From the human T2T-CHM13v2.0 reference genome, Homo sapiens: DNA of 64,000 bases. The notes under the pieces were generated by a model, which worked only from the letters and a program-made list of their open reading frames with translations, was not told where the DNA came from and did no database searches. The DNA is taken from the NCBI RefSeq assembly GCF_009914755.1, contig NC_060932.1. One strand, written 5' to 3'. Position 1 is the first letter of the stretch. Every line of letters begins with the position of its first letter. The position numbers were made by a program, and so were the translations under genes. This document shows positions 12,873 to 25,978 of the stretch, piece by piece.

Positions 12873-15800
12873 CTAAAGATTTAAATCAGAGCAGGGAGCA
12901 ATAACTATCCTGTGATGGCTATTAGAAGACAGCCAGAGTTTTAAAGGTAAGCACATAAACATGAACTATATGGCCAATTATTCACAGCAAGGAACCCTCT
13001 GCCCATCTTTAAAGGGTGTCAGAGGAGAGATAGGAAAGAAGGCTGGGTAGGAAGAAGTTCAGACTTTGGGGCCAGCAAGACTTATTTTTATCCCTAGCCC
13101 CACTGCGTACTAGGATGCATGACTTCAGGGTGATAACTTAATTCTCTGGACTTTAATTTTCTCATATATAAATGAAAGGCAATAATGGAACCTATACTCG
13201 CAGGTTATATAAGGATAAGATAACATATGTAAAGTTCCTGAACAGTACCCAGCATACAAGAGGTGCTCAATACATGGTGACATTTGTCTGTTTGTTTGCT
13301 TATTTATTTTAGTGGGAGATGAGAGAGAGAGTGGAGTGCTGCTGTCATTATCAATGCAGCAAACACTTTGCAAAATAACATTCTGTTCTTGGTCAGAGGT
13401 GGCAGGAGCTGCATCAGAGGGCTGTGGTGAAAAGATCACTCACCCAATTAATAGGAAGAAGAGTTCTCAGTGCAGGCTGTGTCAACTAGCTCATTGTATG
13501 ACTCTGGGAATTCACTTCTCTTTCAATCTCTCACCTGATATTTGAGGAGGTTGGGCTAAACATTCTCTAATTTCTCTTCCACCTCTAACATTCTGTGATT
13601 CTAGCACACCCTAGAGAGTTGTGCAACTAATTGCTCAAGTCAAGCTGTGGTAGAGATTTTCCAAGGGCTATCACCCCCAATTTATAGGAAAGTGCAAAGC
13701 TGAGGAAACTGAGGCACAGAGATTAAATGACTTCCCCAAGGGATTTCTGGTGGTAGTATTGGATTTTAACCCAGGTAACCCACTTTATGCCAGATCACAC
13801 TGTCATTCTGGTAGGCAATAAGATCAGTATTTGAGTCAGGACCCTGCCAGGAAAGCAGGACTTGGTGGTTCTATAGAGGGACTTTAATACGATGAATCAG
13901 TGATAAAGGGCTGAAAGAACCAACAGGGGAAGGTGTGGTAACCCCGCATTAGCAGCCACAGGGAGTTGCTGGGCCTGGAGGGACAGACAGAGAAAGTACT
14001 GTGGCCAAAGCACAGAGGGCAATGGCCTTGGTGGCAGCTGGGACCGCAGAGCTGAAGCTGTTATGAGGATTCCTTGTGGAAACTGGAACCACAGAGGAAA
14101 TAGAGCCGCTCCTGGAAATATTGCCCAAAGCAGAAAGGGAGGGGGAGAAATTCCCTGGCTTCTCCCCTCTACTGCCCTCCAATCTCCTCTCAGTATCTTC
14201 TATGGGATGAACTCACTGGAATCTGGTTGGCAGTGTGTTCTGGGAAAGGTAGTTTGCACAAGTCAGCCCCTTCATTAAAGAGTCTACTAGAGAATGGGCA
14301 GGAAATGGAACCAAGTGTGAAGAAGCAATTGATGAACACATCCAGGATGCTTTTTGTGAGCTTACGAACCTGTACTCTTAGGGAGACCTTTCAAAACTTC
14401 CAGAGATAGGATGTCAAGGTTGGCCAACTCAACAGCTGACATGGCCACTAGATATCTGGTTAGCACAGCTACAACATGTCAAGGGTGCTAGCAATGGGAT
14501 TCCCACTTGGCTGTGGGAGTGGACAAGAGAGCAACCACAACAGTGTCTTAATCAGCAACCACAAAGCGCAGCGTTCCAGGTACCATGCAGGAACAATTAG
14601 ATATATTATTTCATTTCATTTTGTTCTCACAACACTGTCAATATGAGACTGCTGCTACCCTTTTACATGAATGGTGCTCCTGGAGTTGTGCAACATGTGG
14701 TCTAGAATGTAGGCAGGACTATACCCATTTTGTAGATGAACAAACTGAGGTTCAGAGATTGAATGACTAGCTCAAGACCACATAGCTTGTAAGTGGCAGA
14801 GACTAAATTTAAACCCAGGCCTGCCTGGCTTCAAGCCCTGCCCTCTCTATAGCTCACTAAGCTACCTACTAGCTTTGAGGGCCTTGGCTGTATGGTCTAA
14901 TCCCATTTCTTCTTAGCCAGTGTAACAATCTGCAAGTCATACTTTCTTACAACAGCAACAAAACTTCTTAGAAAGCTTCTGTGATAGAGGATATCAAGCA
15001 ACTTTGGGGCATGATCTGCTTTAGAAGTTCATATTGCTAGATGGACAACATCATCCAAACTAAGGTGCTCTGTGAAACTGCCAAGTGTGAGGCCAGGATT
15101 TAAGTTGCAGCAACCACAGAAACATGACCCACACCTTCATGAGCCAAAAAGCTGCCATTCTGTGCCTGAATTCACTTTGAAAGTGTACACCGCTCTCAGG
15201 ATGAATGAGAATCTTGCCTCTATGATCAGGAGAGAAACTATTTAAACACGACATGTCCCATCCCCAAGCTTTCTGGCAGAGGCATCCCCTACAGTGATAA
15301 ATGAACAATAGATAAATGCCCCTGGTTATTACTTTGTAGGGAATGGAGTCAAAGTCCTGTTCATAACAAGAATATGTATTCCTCACATGGACTGGAAGAG
15401 GCATTTCCTTGCAGAAAAGGCTAGATGGTCTTAGAAGAAAATCAGTTGTTAAGGTGGCCTATTTTGTTTGTCTTCAGTTCTTCAGGGCAGATATAAGCTG
15501 CAATGCCATGGCTAGCATGAGCTGAAACTAGTGTTGAAGCACCCATGATTACACCAGCCCCTTGTAGGTATGTCTATCTAAATTCCTAGCAGACCAGAGC
15601 TGCTGCACGCACTGTGGAGTCAGCAGCAGCCTGAATAGAAGAGGAGCCGTGGACACTTCACTGGGGCCTGAGGTAGCAAAATTTGTAAGTCACCAGGGAC
15701 TGTGGCTTTGTTATCCTGCAAGGAGTGTGCCCCAAGAATGGTTCTGGGGCCCCAAATAAGAAAGATTTCAAGAGATGACCCTGGGAGGGAGATGATATGA

Positions 15801-16915
15801 AGAGAATGGGAGTTTAGATTATCTCAGTTTAAAAATGGACAGGATTTAGAGGGCTGCACTTCAATAATTCTGTATGTTTTATTTATTCTGAACAAGGAGG
15901 GAGTAGAAAGCTTGGAGAAGGGACAGATGGAGCTCTAGAGTGAAAGTCAAAGAGGGCATATAATAAGTTACCCAGGTGCTTAAAAGGCAAGGTAGTCCTG
16001 AATAGGGACATGCCAGAGACTTGGTCTCCCATCTTTGCTGCAGCTACATTGAACATCTCAGTGGTCCTTAGATGCTCCAGGCTACCCGTGACTCCATCTT
16101 TGCAGATGCTATTTCTTTTGCCTGGAAAACTCCTATTCCTCCATAAAGCCCTATTAGTTATTTCTCCTGGGATCCCATAGCATGTTATTCAGGTCTGCTA
16201 CAGCACTTGTCAGCTGCTTTGAAATTTGTCTTCTTACATTGCCAACTTTCCCACCAGTGTTTTTTTTGTTTGTTTGTTTGTTTGTTTTTTATCACAGAGG
16301 CTACGTTCAGCAAACATACTGAGTAATGCCACCTCCCCTACTCTAGTATTTTTGGCCTATATTCAGTGTATGAGTTTATGGAAAAATGTACTATTCAGTG
16401 AAAATACACAGAAAAGAAGGAACAAGCCCAAGCAAACAGGTGCTTCATTGCTCTAAATTTAAACTCAAACTTCTCTCTGAAAATTTATGCCTTTTTCATT
16501 TATTCATTCAGCTATTATTTGCAATATGAATGTTTTCAAATGTGATATTTTCCAACGGGATATGATTAACAGGTTTTTGCCTGGTTACGTGACTTGGTTC
16601 TATGATCTATAATACTATATTTTGATTTGTGTTTATGACCATTTCTTCCTTCCAACTATGAAACCCTCAGTTTCTGAGGCTATTTCTGATTCACCTCTAG
16701 ATCCCCATGGCTTGGGACAGAGCATCACAGATATACAGCAGAGACTCAATACACATTGTTGGTTAAGTTAATGAGTAAAGGATCTCCTAAAGTGGGCTTA
16801 ACCTAGACAATACAGAAAGTATTGTCGTAAAAGTTTTCTTTAGAATAAACCTGTGCTTTGGGTCTACAGGTCTTGCTTATTGCCCTCTATGAATGGAGGA
16901 AATGTTCGTACTGAC

Positions 16916-16942
16916 GGGGGGGGGGGGGGGGGGGGGAGGGGG
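16916..16942 (+). repeat. Poly-G run G21-A-G5
   Basis: Read directly. Confidence 0.95.
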
Positions 16943-17409
16943 ATGAAAGATTACAGCTGGAAAGGGGTGATGGAAAATGGCTGTCCACCTGGGCTTCAGA
17001 CTCAGAGGCAGAAATTTTAAAAGCTAATGGATCTTGAGAGTAGTCTTTGAAAATAACATTAAAGACAGGAGAGATTGGTATCCAGGCCACTGGAGCAGGA
17101 GTATTCATCTATGTAATTTAGTTCTGGGTTTACAGCCAAGAATAAATCCCAGAAGAAATAACAGTATGTCAGCATTGTAGGACAGAAAATGTCCATGTCT
17201 AGACCTTCTTAATATAAAACAGGTTCTGCTTTTTAATTTAAGTTTTCCAACTTATTTTGCTGGTGGATGATTGGTAGGGATTTATGAAAGAACTGGAATT
17301 TAGATAGACATATCTTCTAATTATTCTCTCCTAGCAAATCTCGCCAGGCTGAGGGCATTTGGATTAAAGAACCACTCAAGATCCTCTGCCATGATCCTCT
17401 GCCATAATT

Positions 17410-18005
17410 CTACTTAACATGACACAAGTTAACTTAACTCAACACAACATATCTCAATATAGCTTAATTAATCTAAACTCAACACAATTCAACTTATCTC
17501 AACTCAACTCAACTCATCTCAACTCAACACAGCTCCACTCATCTCAACTCATTACACCTCAACTCAACTCATCTCATCACGGCTAAACTCATCCCAACTC
17601 AACTCAACTCATCTCAACTCAACACAACTCACCTCATCTCAACTCAACACATCTCAACTCAACACAACTCAACTCATCTCAACTCATCACTATTCAACTC
17701 ATCTCATCACAGCTCAGCTCATCACAACTCAAGTCATCTCAACTTAATACAACTCAAGTCATCCCAACTCAACACAACTCAACTCATCTCAACTCATTAC
17801 AACTCAACTCAACTCATCTCAACACAATTCATCTCATCACAGGTCAATTCATCTCAACTGATCACAACTCCAGTCATCTCAACTCATCACAGCTTAAGTC
17901 ATCTCAACTCAACACAACTCAACTCATCTCAACTCAACTTATCTCAACTCATCACAACTCCAATTCAACTCAACTCAACTCCAATTCAATTCACCTCAAC
18001 TCAAT
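17410..18005. repeat. Degenerate pentamer tandem array (AACTC/ATCTC/AACAC/ATCAC)n, about 600 bp
   Basis: Period-5 repeat read directly. Confidence 0.92.
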
Positions 18006-18251
18006 TATACTTATTGTGTCAGGCACTGCACTTGGTTCTGGGGACCAGCTATGAATGAGATTCCATCATGAATCTCAAGGATGTGACTGTCTAGTAAAGG
18101 ACTCACTGGAGAGTCCCTTACCTTGAGGTAACCCCTACTGCCTGTCTGTGGATTGCTTATTGCCTGACTGCCTTGTGGCCTGCAGAAAAGCCACACGGAA
18201 TAAGAAAGCTATAAATATTCCATGTGAAAAGAAGCCACTGGGCCAAGTTAC

Positions 18252-18405
18252 CTCATGTCCTCTGTCCTGGGACTCCTCTGGCTCATGCAGAGGCATTGCT
18301 GGAAGAATTGGCACAGCTCCATCAGGCATGGGTTGAGCCTCTGAATAGCCAGGGTGAGAGGAGCAGCTGCCATAGCTCCCACCTTGAAGAGTGGCTGAGG
18401 ACACC
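18252..18405 (-). CDS. HHLA1: HHLA1 exon 15, Cys-rich: (R)CPQPLFKVGAMAAAPLTLAIQRLNPCLMELCQFFQQCLCMSQRSPRTEDM
   Basis: cttctag|GG TGT ... ATG AG|gtaact, 154 nt, phase 1 to 2. Confidence 0.93.
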
Positions 18406-18804
18406 CTAGAAGATGCAATCCCAGACCAATTAAATCAGTAAGAGTTTAGTAAGCATCTTCTCTTCGTTAAGCCCTGCATCAGGTGAATATAGTCTTGTCC
18501 TGATCTCACGTAGCTCTGAGACAGACAGGTAAACATAGCATTCCTCACCATTACCCAATAAAGCTACTGTAACAGTTTTAAGAGTCAGGTGGAAAGAAGG
18601 TGGTGATCGAGTTTCTGGAGGAAAACAGAGATAGTTTCACTGAGAAGCAAATATTAAACAGAGATCTAAGATGTTGAACAGGAATGTATCAGGTGGAGGG
18701 CATTTCTGGTGTAAGGGACAGGGCATACAATGACTCTGCGTGATGTAAGGGGGTGACTTGCTGAGGGGGATTTGAGAAAAATTTGAGTACAGGGGATATG
18801 AGGT

Positions 18805-18935
18805 ATGTATATGCATGTGTGTGTGCAGGGTACATGTGTGTGCATGTGTGTGTATATGTATGTGCATGCATGTGAGAGCATATGGATATGTGTTTGCCTG
18901 TGTGTGTGTGTATGCACGTGCATGTGTATGTGAGT
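18805..18935. repeat. Degenerate (TG/CA/TA)n alternating purine-pyrimidine tract
   Basis: Read directly. Confidence 0.85.
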
Positions 18936-20052
18936 GCAAAAAGGAGAGAAAGAAGGGCAGGTTGAAAGATGAGACTGGCATGCTGGGTCACTGGAGAGTC
19001 AGGCTCTGCGTTTGTGAGTTCTGTGTTTCCATCAAGTGAAAGTTAATTATGTTTCCGTGAACCAGATTTTCAGTGTTGTTTAATTTTTAGTTTTTAGGAG
19101 GAAGGCCAAAGATAAAAGAAGGAGACAACAAATTATTTTTAATAAAAATTCCAACTTGTTGGGATCTGCTGAGACTCAGAAAGCTTCCTATGGCTACACC
19201 TACATTTCCTTATATGGAAAATAGGGAGACCCATCCCTATCATATAGAATGACTGGAAGGATTAAATGAGACAATTTATATAAAGTATATTGCATATTGA
19301 AAAGTTGTTTGCATGAAACAAACAATAAATAATAGCAATTATTATTATTATTTATTTATTAAAAATTTGTTGAGCTCCACTACATGCTAGGCACTGGTGA
19401 CAGCCACTAGAGCTACAAAATGAATAAGAAGAAAAAGGGCCTTCCTCTCACAGAGCTTACTTTCTAGGGACTGGAAGGTTATATTACAATATTACTAATA
19501 ATCTTCCAACAAAGGTTCACTAATCACTACCAGGAAAAATTATCTAAAACCTGGAAATAAACAAAAAGGATTACTGAATACCCTTTTAATGCAGTTTGGT
19601 TATTGTCTAGCAGACTCTCTGCGGATTGTCTGGGTAAAAATAATTGTGCACCATTAATTGACTTTCTATTGAATAGGTGATTTTACAACTAGCAAGGGGT
19701 AGATGTTAACCGATAGCAATATAAATAATTCTTGTCTAAGAGCAATGCTAATTATTTCTGTCCATAGCAATGTAAATGAATTTTGTCTGGTAGAGGTGCA
19801 ATTGATTTTTGTCCAGTAAAAAAAAAAAAGAGTTTATTGCTGTGGAATATCAATTCATTTGAGAATTCCTTTGACTGACTACATAAATCTTTTCCCCTCA
19901 AATTCCCCATTGAAGCAATCTTCACATCTTTCTGGTTTCCTCATTACTTAATGAGTTCAATAATATCTTTGACATGTTGACATGTATTCATTCAATATTA
20001 TTCTGTCATGTTTGAACATTTTTCAAAATTATAATTTAGCAGTAATTACTTA

Positions 20053-20190
20053 TTTTTATTTTTTATTTCTTGTAGAGATGGGGCCTTGCTATGTTGCCCA
20101 GGCTGGTCTGAAACTCCTGGGCTCATGTAATTCTCCCACCTCAGCCTCCCAAAGTGCTGGAATTACAGGTGTAAACCACCACATCTGGCC
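20053..20190 (-). mobile_element. FLAM / Alu monomer
   Basis: gtagagatggggccttgctatgttgcccaggctgg...ccaccacatctggcc. Confidence 0.85.
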
Positions 20191-21591
20191 AGGAATATAT
20201 TTATTTAAGTGGAGAAGGGGCTCATAATGTTAGCAGAAGACTTTTTAAGAAGGTAGAAAGAAAATACTTTATTCTGAGTTAACTAGAAGATAAACCCTCC
20301 AGAACACTGACCAATTTCCATCAATGTGCCCATGAGTTTTTCTCTATCAGTTATTGAGCAGTTGCTATGTATCAGGCACTCTCCTAAGATCTTTGCATAC
20401 ATTATTTTATCTAATTCTCATAAATCTTGTGAAGTAGACATCAGAAGTATACAGAAGAGGACACAGAGGGTCTGAGTAACTCTGCAGTTGTATCAGTTAT
20501 GCAACAGGGAGTAACTCCAGCAAGATCTGACTCTGAAGCCTGTGCTCATAACCATCACACTTCACTACTTGAACATAATTAACATTCCCAAGGCTTGATT
20601 TCCATGTCCCTTGCCCCAACCCACCCCATCCATCCTTCTCTAACTCAGGAAATGACACTTGGGATATTCACTTAGTTGCTCAAACTTGGGCATGATTTTT
20701 GGTTCCCTCCTGTGCTCACTCCATCATCACCGCATCCTCTTGGTTCTATCTCCTACATATCACCCAAGTCTCCCTATCCACACAGTCACCTCTACTTTCC
20801 AGTCACCATCACCACTGGCATCATTAGCACAACAGTCACCTCGCAAGTTTCCCTGCTTCCAGCTTCTCCTGTTCCTCCCCATTCTGCAGTCAGAGGAACC
20901 TTTCTGCAACACAAATCTGATCACATTACTCCCACTTGCCTCAGAAGTCTACACTCCTTGACATGGTGACAAAGTACTGTTAATCTCACTCTTGGCTACC
21001 TCTCTAGCCTCATTCCACACTACCCTCACTTTCAGCACCTTCAACATCAGTCCTTTTAAGGTATAGTGCCTTTGCTTAAGCTATGCCTTTGCTTAGAATG
21101 CACCTTGTTCAGGTGCCACATTCTCAATCAATAAACTCTTGAACCATCCCCTCACCTGAAGGTAATCTCTTCCTCTCTGGATATACATAGCAGTTTCTGC
21201 TTCTCTTAAGAATCTAGTCACTCTTTTTTTTCAATTGCAGCTTTTTTTTTTTTCACATATGGCATATCTTGGAAAAGGTGACACAGAGGTGTGGAATAAG
21301 CACAAGCTTTGAAATTAGATCTGGTGTCAAAATGGAGTCTCCTTTTATATGTAGAACTCACCATAATTCCTGAATGAGATATTACCTCTCCTGCAGAATT
21401 ATTGTGAAGAGAAAGTAAAAATAGGCCTAGCATAGTACCTGGCAGTACAGTAGGAGCCCAATAAATATTTATTAAATGGATGAATGAGTGGATGCCAAAT
21501 ACTTTGTGGCATGATTTTTTTTTTGGATGAGCAGAATAAGTTACTGAGAAATGCCAGAACCCCTTTAATTTGCAATTATGTTTTTCATTAC

Positions 21592-21935
21592 ATAGGTAGA
21601 TAGATAGATGACAGATGGATAGGCAAATATCTATGATATGGAAGTTAAGAAATAAAGATAACCAGATAGAAAGATAAATAGGTATGGATGGATAGGTGGG
21701 TTAATTGAAGGATGGATAGATAGATGGCTTGGATAAATATCTATTAGATAGATGACAGATGAGTGGGTAGGTTAATAAATAGATAGATATGGTAAATACC
21801 TATTAGGTAAGTAGATAGAGCTAACAAGAGAGACAGATAGATATAGTTATACAGATAGCTATAGATACATGGATATAGATACAGATATAGATATAGATAT
21901 GGATATAGACACCAATATAGACATAGATATAGACA
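21592..21935. repeat. Degenerate (TAGA)n / (TAGATA)n simple repeat
   Basis: Read directly. Confidence 0.85.
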
Positions 21936-22966
21936 GAGTCAACCTGTTTTCTAAAACTTGATCTCACAACAGCCTCCATCTGCACCACTGTGTTTCTTTA
22001 GAACTCCTGGGAGAAAAGGGATATAATTTCCTTAGTAGCATAATCACATCTTTGTGTCTGAAAGGTTCATTCACTATTCACTGCAGGCTGAGAGTAAGGC
22101 TGGGGCAGATCTAAGGTGACATGAAAAAGGAGACGGGGCAGGGTCCAGCAGTTTAATAATGCCCTGTTGACATATGACTGGATGGTCCAGGAGCTGGTGT
22201 ACAAAGGTATTCAGGAGTGGGAGGAGCCTGAGAATTCAAGCAGCTTTGAAGCACTCACTTTGTATCCATTTCTTTCTTATGGAATCTGGCTCAACAGAAA
22301 AGAGGAGAGTGAGATGTCCAAAAGCAAGCTGGAAAAATGCAGCAAAAACCACAGCAACTCAAGTCCTCAGCCTCTGTCAGGAGTTCTGAAAACAGAGCTA
22401 CAAACTCAGGAAATGGTCTTCGTCTAGATCCATGAGAATTAACTGTGCAGGGATGGAAAGGGTAGGTATCCCTTAACACAGAACAACAGGACATCATACC
22501 CAGCAAATGAGGTTGCATTTTGCAGTCATCTTTTTTATTCCTTCCTCCTTCACTGCCAACAACCCTGCTCCTTGCAAGAGCAGCTTCTATTTGCAAAGTG
22601 CCCAGCATGCTACCCAATAGACATTCACTCGATAAAAGTTGATTGAATTAAGTTCTACAGAGCTCTATACTTCCAAACCACTTCCACAAACATTATCTTA
22701 CTTAATACAAAACCTTGTGGGAAAGATAAAAAAACAGGCATTTTTAGTGCCCACAAAAATTGCAATTATTCTTGCTTTACAGTTGAGGGAACTGAATCTT
22801 GGAAGTTGAGTACTGGAGGCCACCTCACCAGTAAATGGCTGAGCTAAGATTTGAATCCCATGAGTCTGATTTTCTAAATTTACCGAACAAACCTCTCCTT
22901 ATTCTACTACATGACCTTGTTCAAAATAAACACAAGCAATAGTAATGACTGGGCACTGGTACTTAC

Positions 22967-23041
22967 TTGAAACTTGATGGGGTCTTGGGACCAGGACTGG
23001 CTCTTCACCAGCAGTGAATGGCCACTCTGCAGAGAGATCAC
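22967..23041 (-). CDS. HHLA1: HHLA1 exon 14: (G)DLSAEWPFTAGEEPVLVPRPHQVS
   Basis: tttgcag|GT GAT ... TCA A|gtaagt, 75 nt, phase 1-1. Confidence 0.92.
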
Positions 23042-23386
23042 CTGCAAAGGGCAGGAATGGCCTTCCAGAAGTCAGAATGGAATTACCTTAGGTGATACAC
23101 ACAGCAAGAAATTTATAACATCTTAAAGGTAAATCATTCTTGAAATCTATAGGAAAATGATAGCCAAAAAAGGGGAAGTGATTTATGGAAGACCACACGG
23201 AAATTTAGCAGCACGGCAAGGCTTATAAACCAGTTCTCCTGACTCTTTTCCTGCAGGAAACAATAAAGCAGAGTAACCTGCTTAGATTGCTTACTGGTAC
23301 CCCATCCCACCACGCCCTTGTCCCCAAGCTTCCCACCCCTCCCATCCCCCACCCCCAAACCCCCACTTCCGTACTGAGTTTCTCAC

Positions 23387-23455
23387 CTGTTTGTGGATAT
23401 CTGGGGGCTGTTGCCTTGGTTGGACTCGGAGTCTGTGTGCCATGGGTGAATGCTC
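23387..23455 (-). CDS. HHLA1: HHLA1 exon 13: (G)AFTHGTQTPSPTKATAPRYPQT
   Basis: ctcccag|GA GCA ... ACA G|gtgaga, 69 nt, phase 1-1. Confidence 0.92.
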
Positions 23456-24637
23456 CTGGGAGGAGATGAGAGAGAGGTGAGCCTGCATCTCTTCTAGGGG
23501 GCCCTGAGGGAGAAGATGACCAGGGCCACCTATCCTGCCCTATCCAACCAATGTTGGTTAAGCCAGGTACCAGGCAGGGCTTTAAGAAGCAGAGATGAGT
23601 AAGAAATAAAACCCACAATGGAGTGTGAAAAAGGAAATGGGAAAATCCCATCATTACTGTGATACAGCGTGATGGTTGCCATTGGAAACCAGCTGACATT
23701 GGTAAGTTATGGTGACCCTGCACAGGAGAGCGATGGTGTTGTACAGGAAGTGTCCAATGTGGGTGATCCAGGGCAAAGAAAAAATGAGTTAAAATGAGTT
23801 GCTTCTCATTCATCTGAGTCTTAGTGTACACCTTGATCCATCCCACCCCCGACAAATTGCCTGTCATATTCATGACAGAGTACGGGCTCAGTTCAACAAT
23901 TTTTGTATCATGTTCATGAAGCCTTAGTTTAAGGGTCACTTCAGGACTTGATCGTTTCTGTTAAGATTCTGGCCTCTGGCGAAACCAGCAATACAGTCTC
24001 CTTGTAGGAGACCAGTGAGAGAGAAGCTCAAGCAGGCAAGTTCCGTCATATGGATAAGTGGAAGGAAAGAGGTGAGGCTGAGAAACAGCCGAGGCACAGG
24101 CGATGGACACCCAGTTCAGCTGGGTCAGGTGACATCTACTCTAAGTCAAGCAGCACAGCAGTTCTGGAGGAGAGTGGGCTTTGCAGGCACACAAAGTGCA
24201 TACATAAAGATCAGGAGATGTGGGCAGTAAGCAGTGTGCTGTGGCTGGAGTCTAGAGGAGGAAGGTGGAGGGGCGAGGTGAGGCTGAGCAGCAGGCAGGG
24301 CTCATGCCTGGAATTTCAGGCCCGGGTCCATCCATCACAGTTGTCATACTGCTTGTTAATGGACAATGAAACAGGGAAAAAGAGAAGAAATTGGGGAGTG
24401 CGATTACATAAAAGAGAGAGGAACTGGGGAATGAAAGAAGGAGCTTTCATTCATCTACAGATGGGAAGAAAGAGGTAGGGCAAAGGAAAGGAGAAGGAAG
24501 AGTTTGCTTCATGATCATTATGTTTTCTTAGTTTTCTGTGTGTGTATTATATTCCAAAAATTTAGAAAGTTTATCAAAACAGACAATGCTAAGTTTAATT
24601 TAAAACGGGAGAGGTAGAAGTGAGCACCCTCTCTTAC

Positions 24638-24883
24638 CCGAGGTAGGGCTGGCCTGGGATGGGCTGCCAGGTGTGGCCATTATCTCAGCAGCAGGCGCCA
24701 AAAGGCTTGTAGTGTTCATGGCTTCCTCGGTCCCTGCAGTAGTCGGTGGGGAAGAACGAGTTTCCCAGAGAGACCCTCCAGGTTTTTTCTCACTGATGGT
24801 CTGAGCCCAGGGCACGGACGATATGGAAGCCCACGTCTGTCTGTCAGCTGTCAACCACTGAGTTCTGGCCACCCTCCTGGTAG
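24638..24883 (-). CDS. HHLA1: HHLA1 exon 12, S/T/P-rich mucin-like: (A)TRRVARTQW...SPSQASPTS
   Basis: gtgcag|CT ACC AGG ... TCG G|gtaaga, 246 nt, phase 1-1; lies within ORF 24600..24974. Confidence 0.92.
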
Positions 24884-25081
24884 CTGCACATTCAAAGTGA
24901 CAGTAACAGGGTACAGACATGCTTGACCACTTCGATTCAGACATGAAATTGCTGAGACATTGAAACGTTATCAAAGGGCAAATGCAATGTGAACGTGTAA
25001 TATAAGTAATCCAGGGGCTTAAACTTTACTCTGAACTGAAATAAATGGACCAAAGTAAGCATTGTTTTCCTAAGCACCAAT

Positions 25082-25083
<2 letters not shown>

Positions 25084-25126
<43 letters not shown>
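25084..25126. repeat. (CA)~21 microsatellite
   Basis: Read directly. Confidence 0.95.
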
Positions 25127-25127
<1 letters not shown>

Positions 25128-25842
25128 CCTCTAAATCTCTAGGACCCCAGGCGTGTGTGTTTGGGGGTCAGTTAGCTGTCTCTCAAATTTATTTAATACA
25201 TTTCTAATCATGTGACATAGTGAAAAGATTGTGGGGTCTGAGGTGAGGAGATGCAAACAGATTAGTTGTGCCTCTGTCTCCTCCATGGTGTGAACTTTGG
25301 GGCAAATTGCTTAACTCCTTTTAGCTTCCTCATGAAAATGAGGATACCAGTGTTAATAATAACACCTGCCCTCCAACATCACAGGATTGTTATTAGTTAA
25401 GAAAAATCCTTGGCTCATGCTATTTAATGGAGTTGATTTATTTTCCTCTACACCACCCAGTCATCCTTGTTTCCTTGCCTGCTGACACCTATCAATTCTT
25501 ATCTCTTGGGGAAGCCTGTGTCTCCTCTATGCCGGGGTAGGAGCCCTCTCTGTGTTCTCTGTGTACAATAGTTCTTTGTAGGCTGGATCATAACTATTGG
25601 TTTACTTGCCTGGGCTCTCTCCTAGGTCTGAGAGCTCAGGAAAGAGAGAGAACATTTATAGAGCTGTGTTTTTAACAGCTAGCCTCCTGTCTGGAAGGAA
25701 ATATGTTTTGATGAGTAAATAAATGAATGAATTCTGATGACTGAATGAATGAATTCTGATGACAATATTGTCTCAGTGGGTCCATTGTTGGAACCCACTG
25801 AGAAAATATTGACTCTTTTTTGTTTGTTTGTTTTTTCTGCAC

Positions 25843-25978
25843 TTTATTTTATTTTAAGTCTTAGGTTACATGTGCACAACTTGCAGGTTTGTTACATATG
25901 TATACATGTGCCATGTTGGTGTGCTGCACCCATTAACTCTTCATTTAACATTAGGTATATCTCCTAATGCTATCCCTA
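25843..25978 (-). mobile_element. Short L1PA 3' end
   Basis: tacatgtgcacaacttgcaggtttgttacatatgtatacatgtgccatg...ctcctaatgctatccct. Confidence 0.9.

Noticed and set aside
17410-18005. CRISPR-like or telomeric array
   Set aside because: Period-5 simple repeat with no unique spacers and no TTAGGG; eukaryotic context.
18637-19039. His/Thr- and Cys/Val-rich ORFs
   Set aside because: Translations of the (TG/CA)n tract.
23223-23939. 238-aa ORF, the longest in the track
   Set aside because: Only the 69-nt exon 13 inside it has splice sites and fits HHLA1; the flanks look like a chance open frame.
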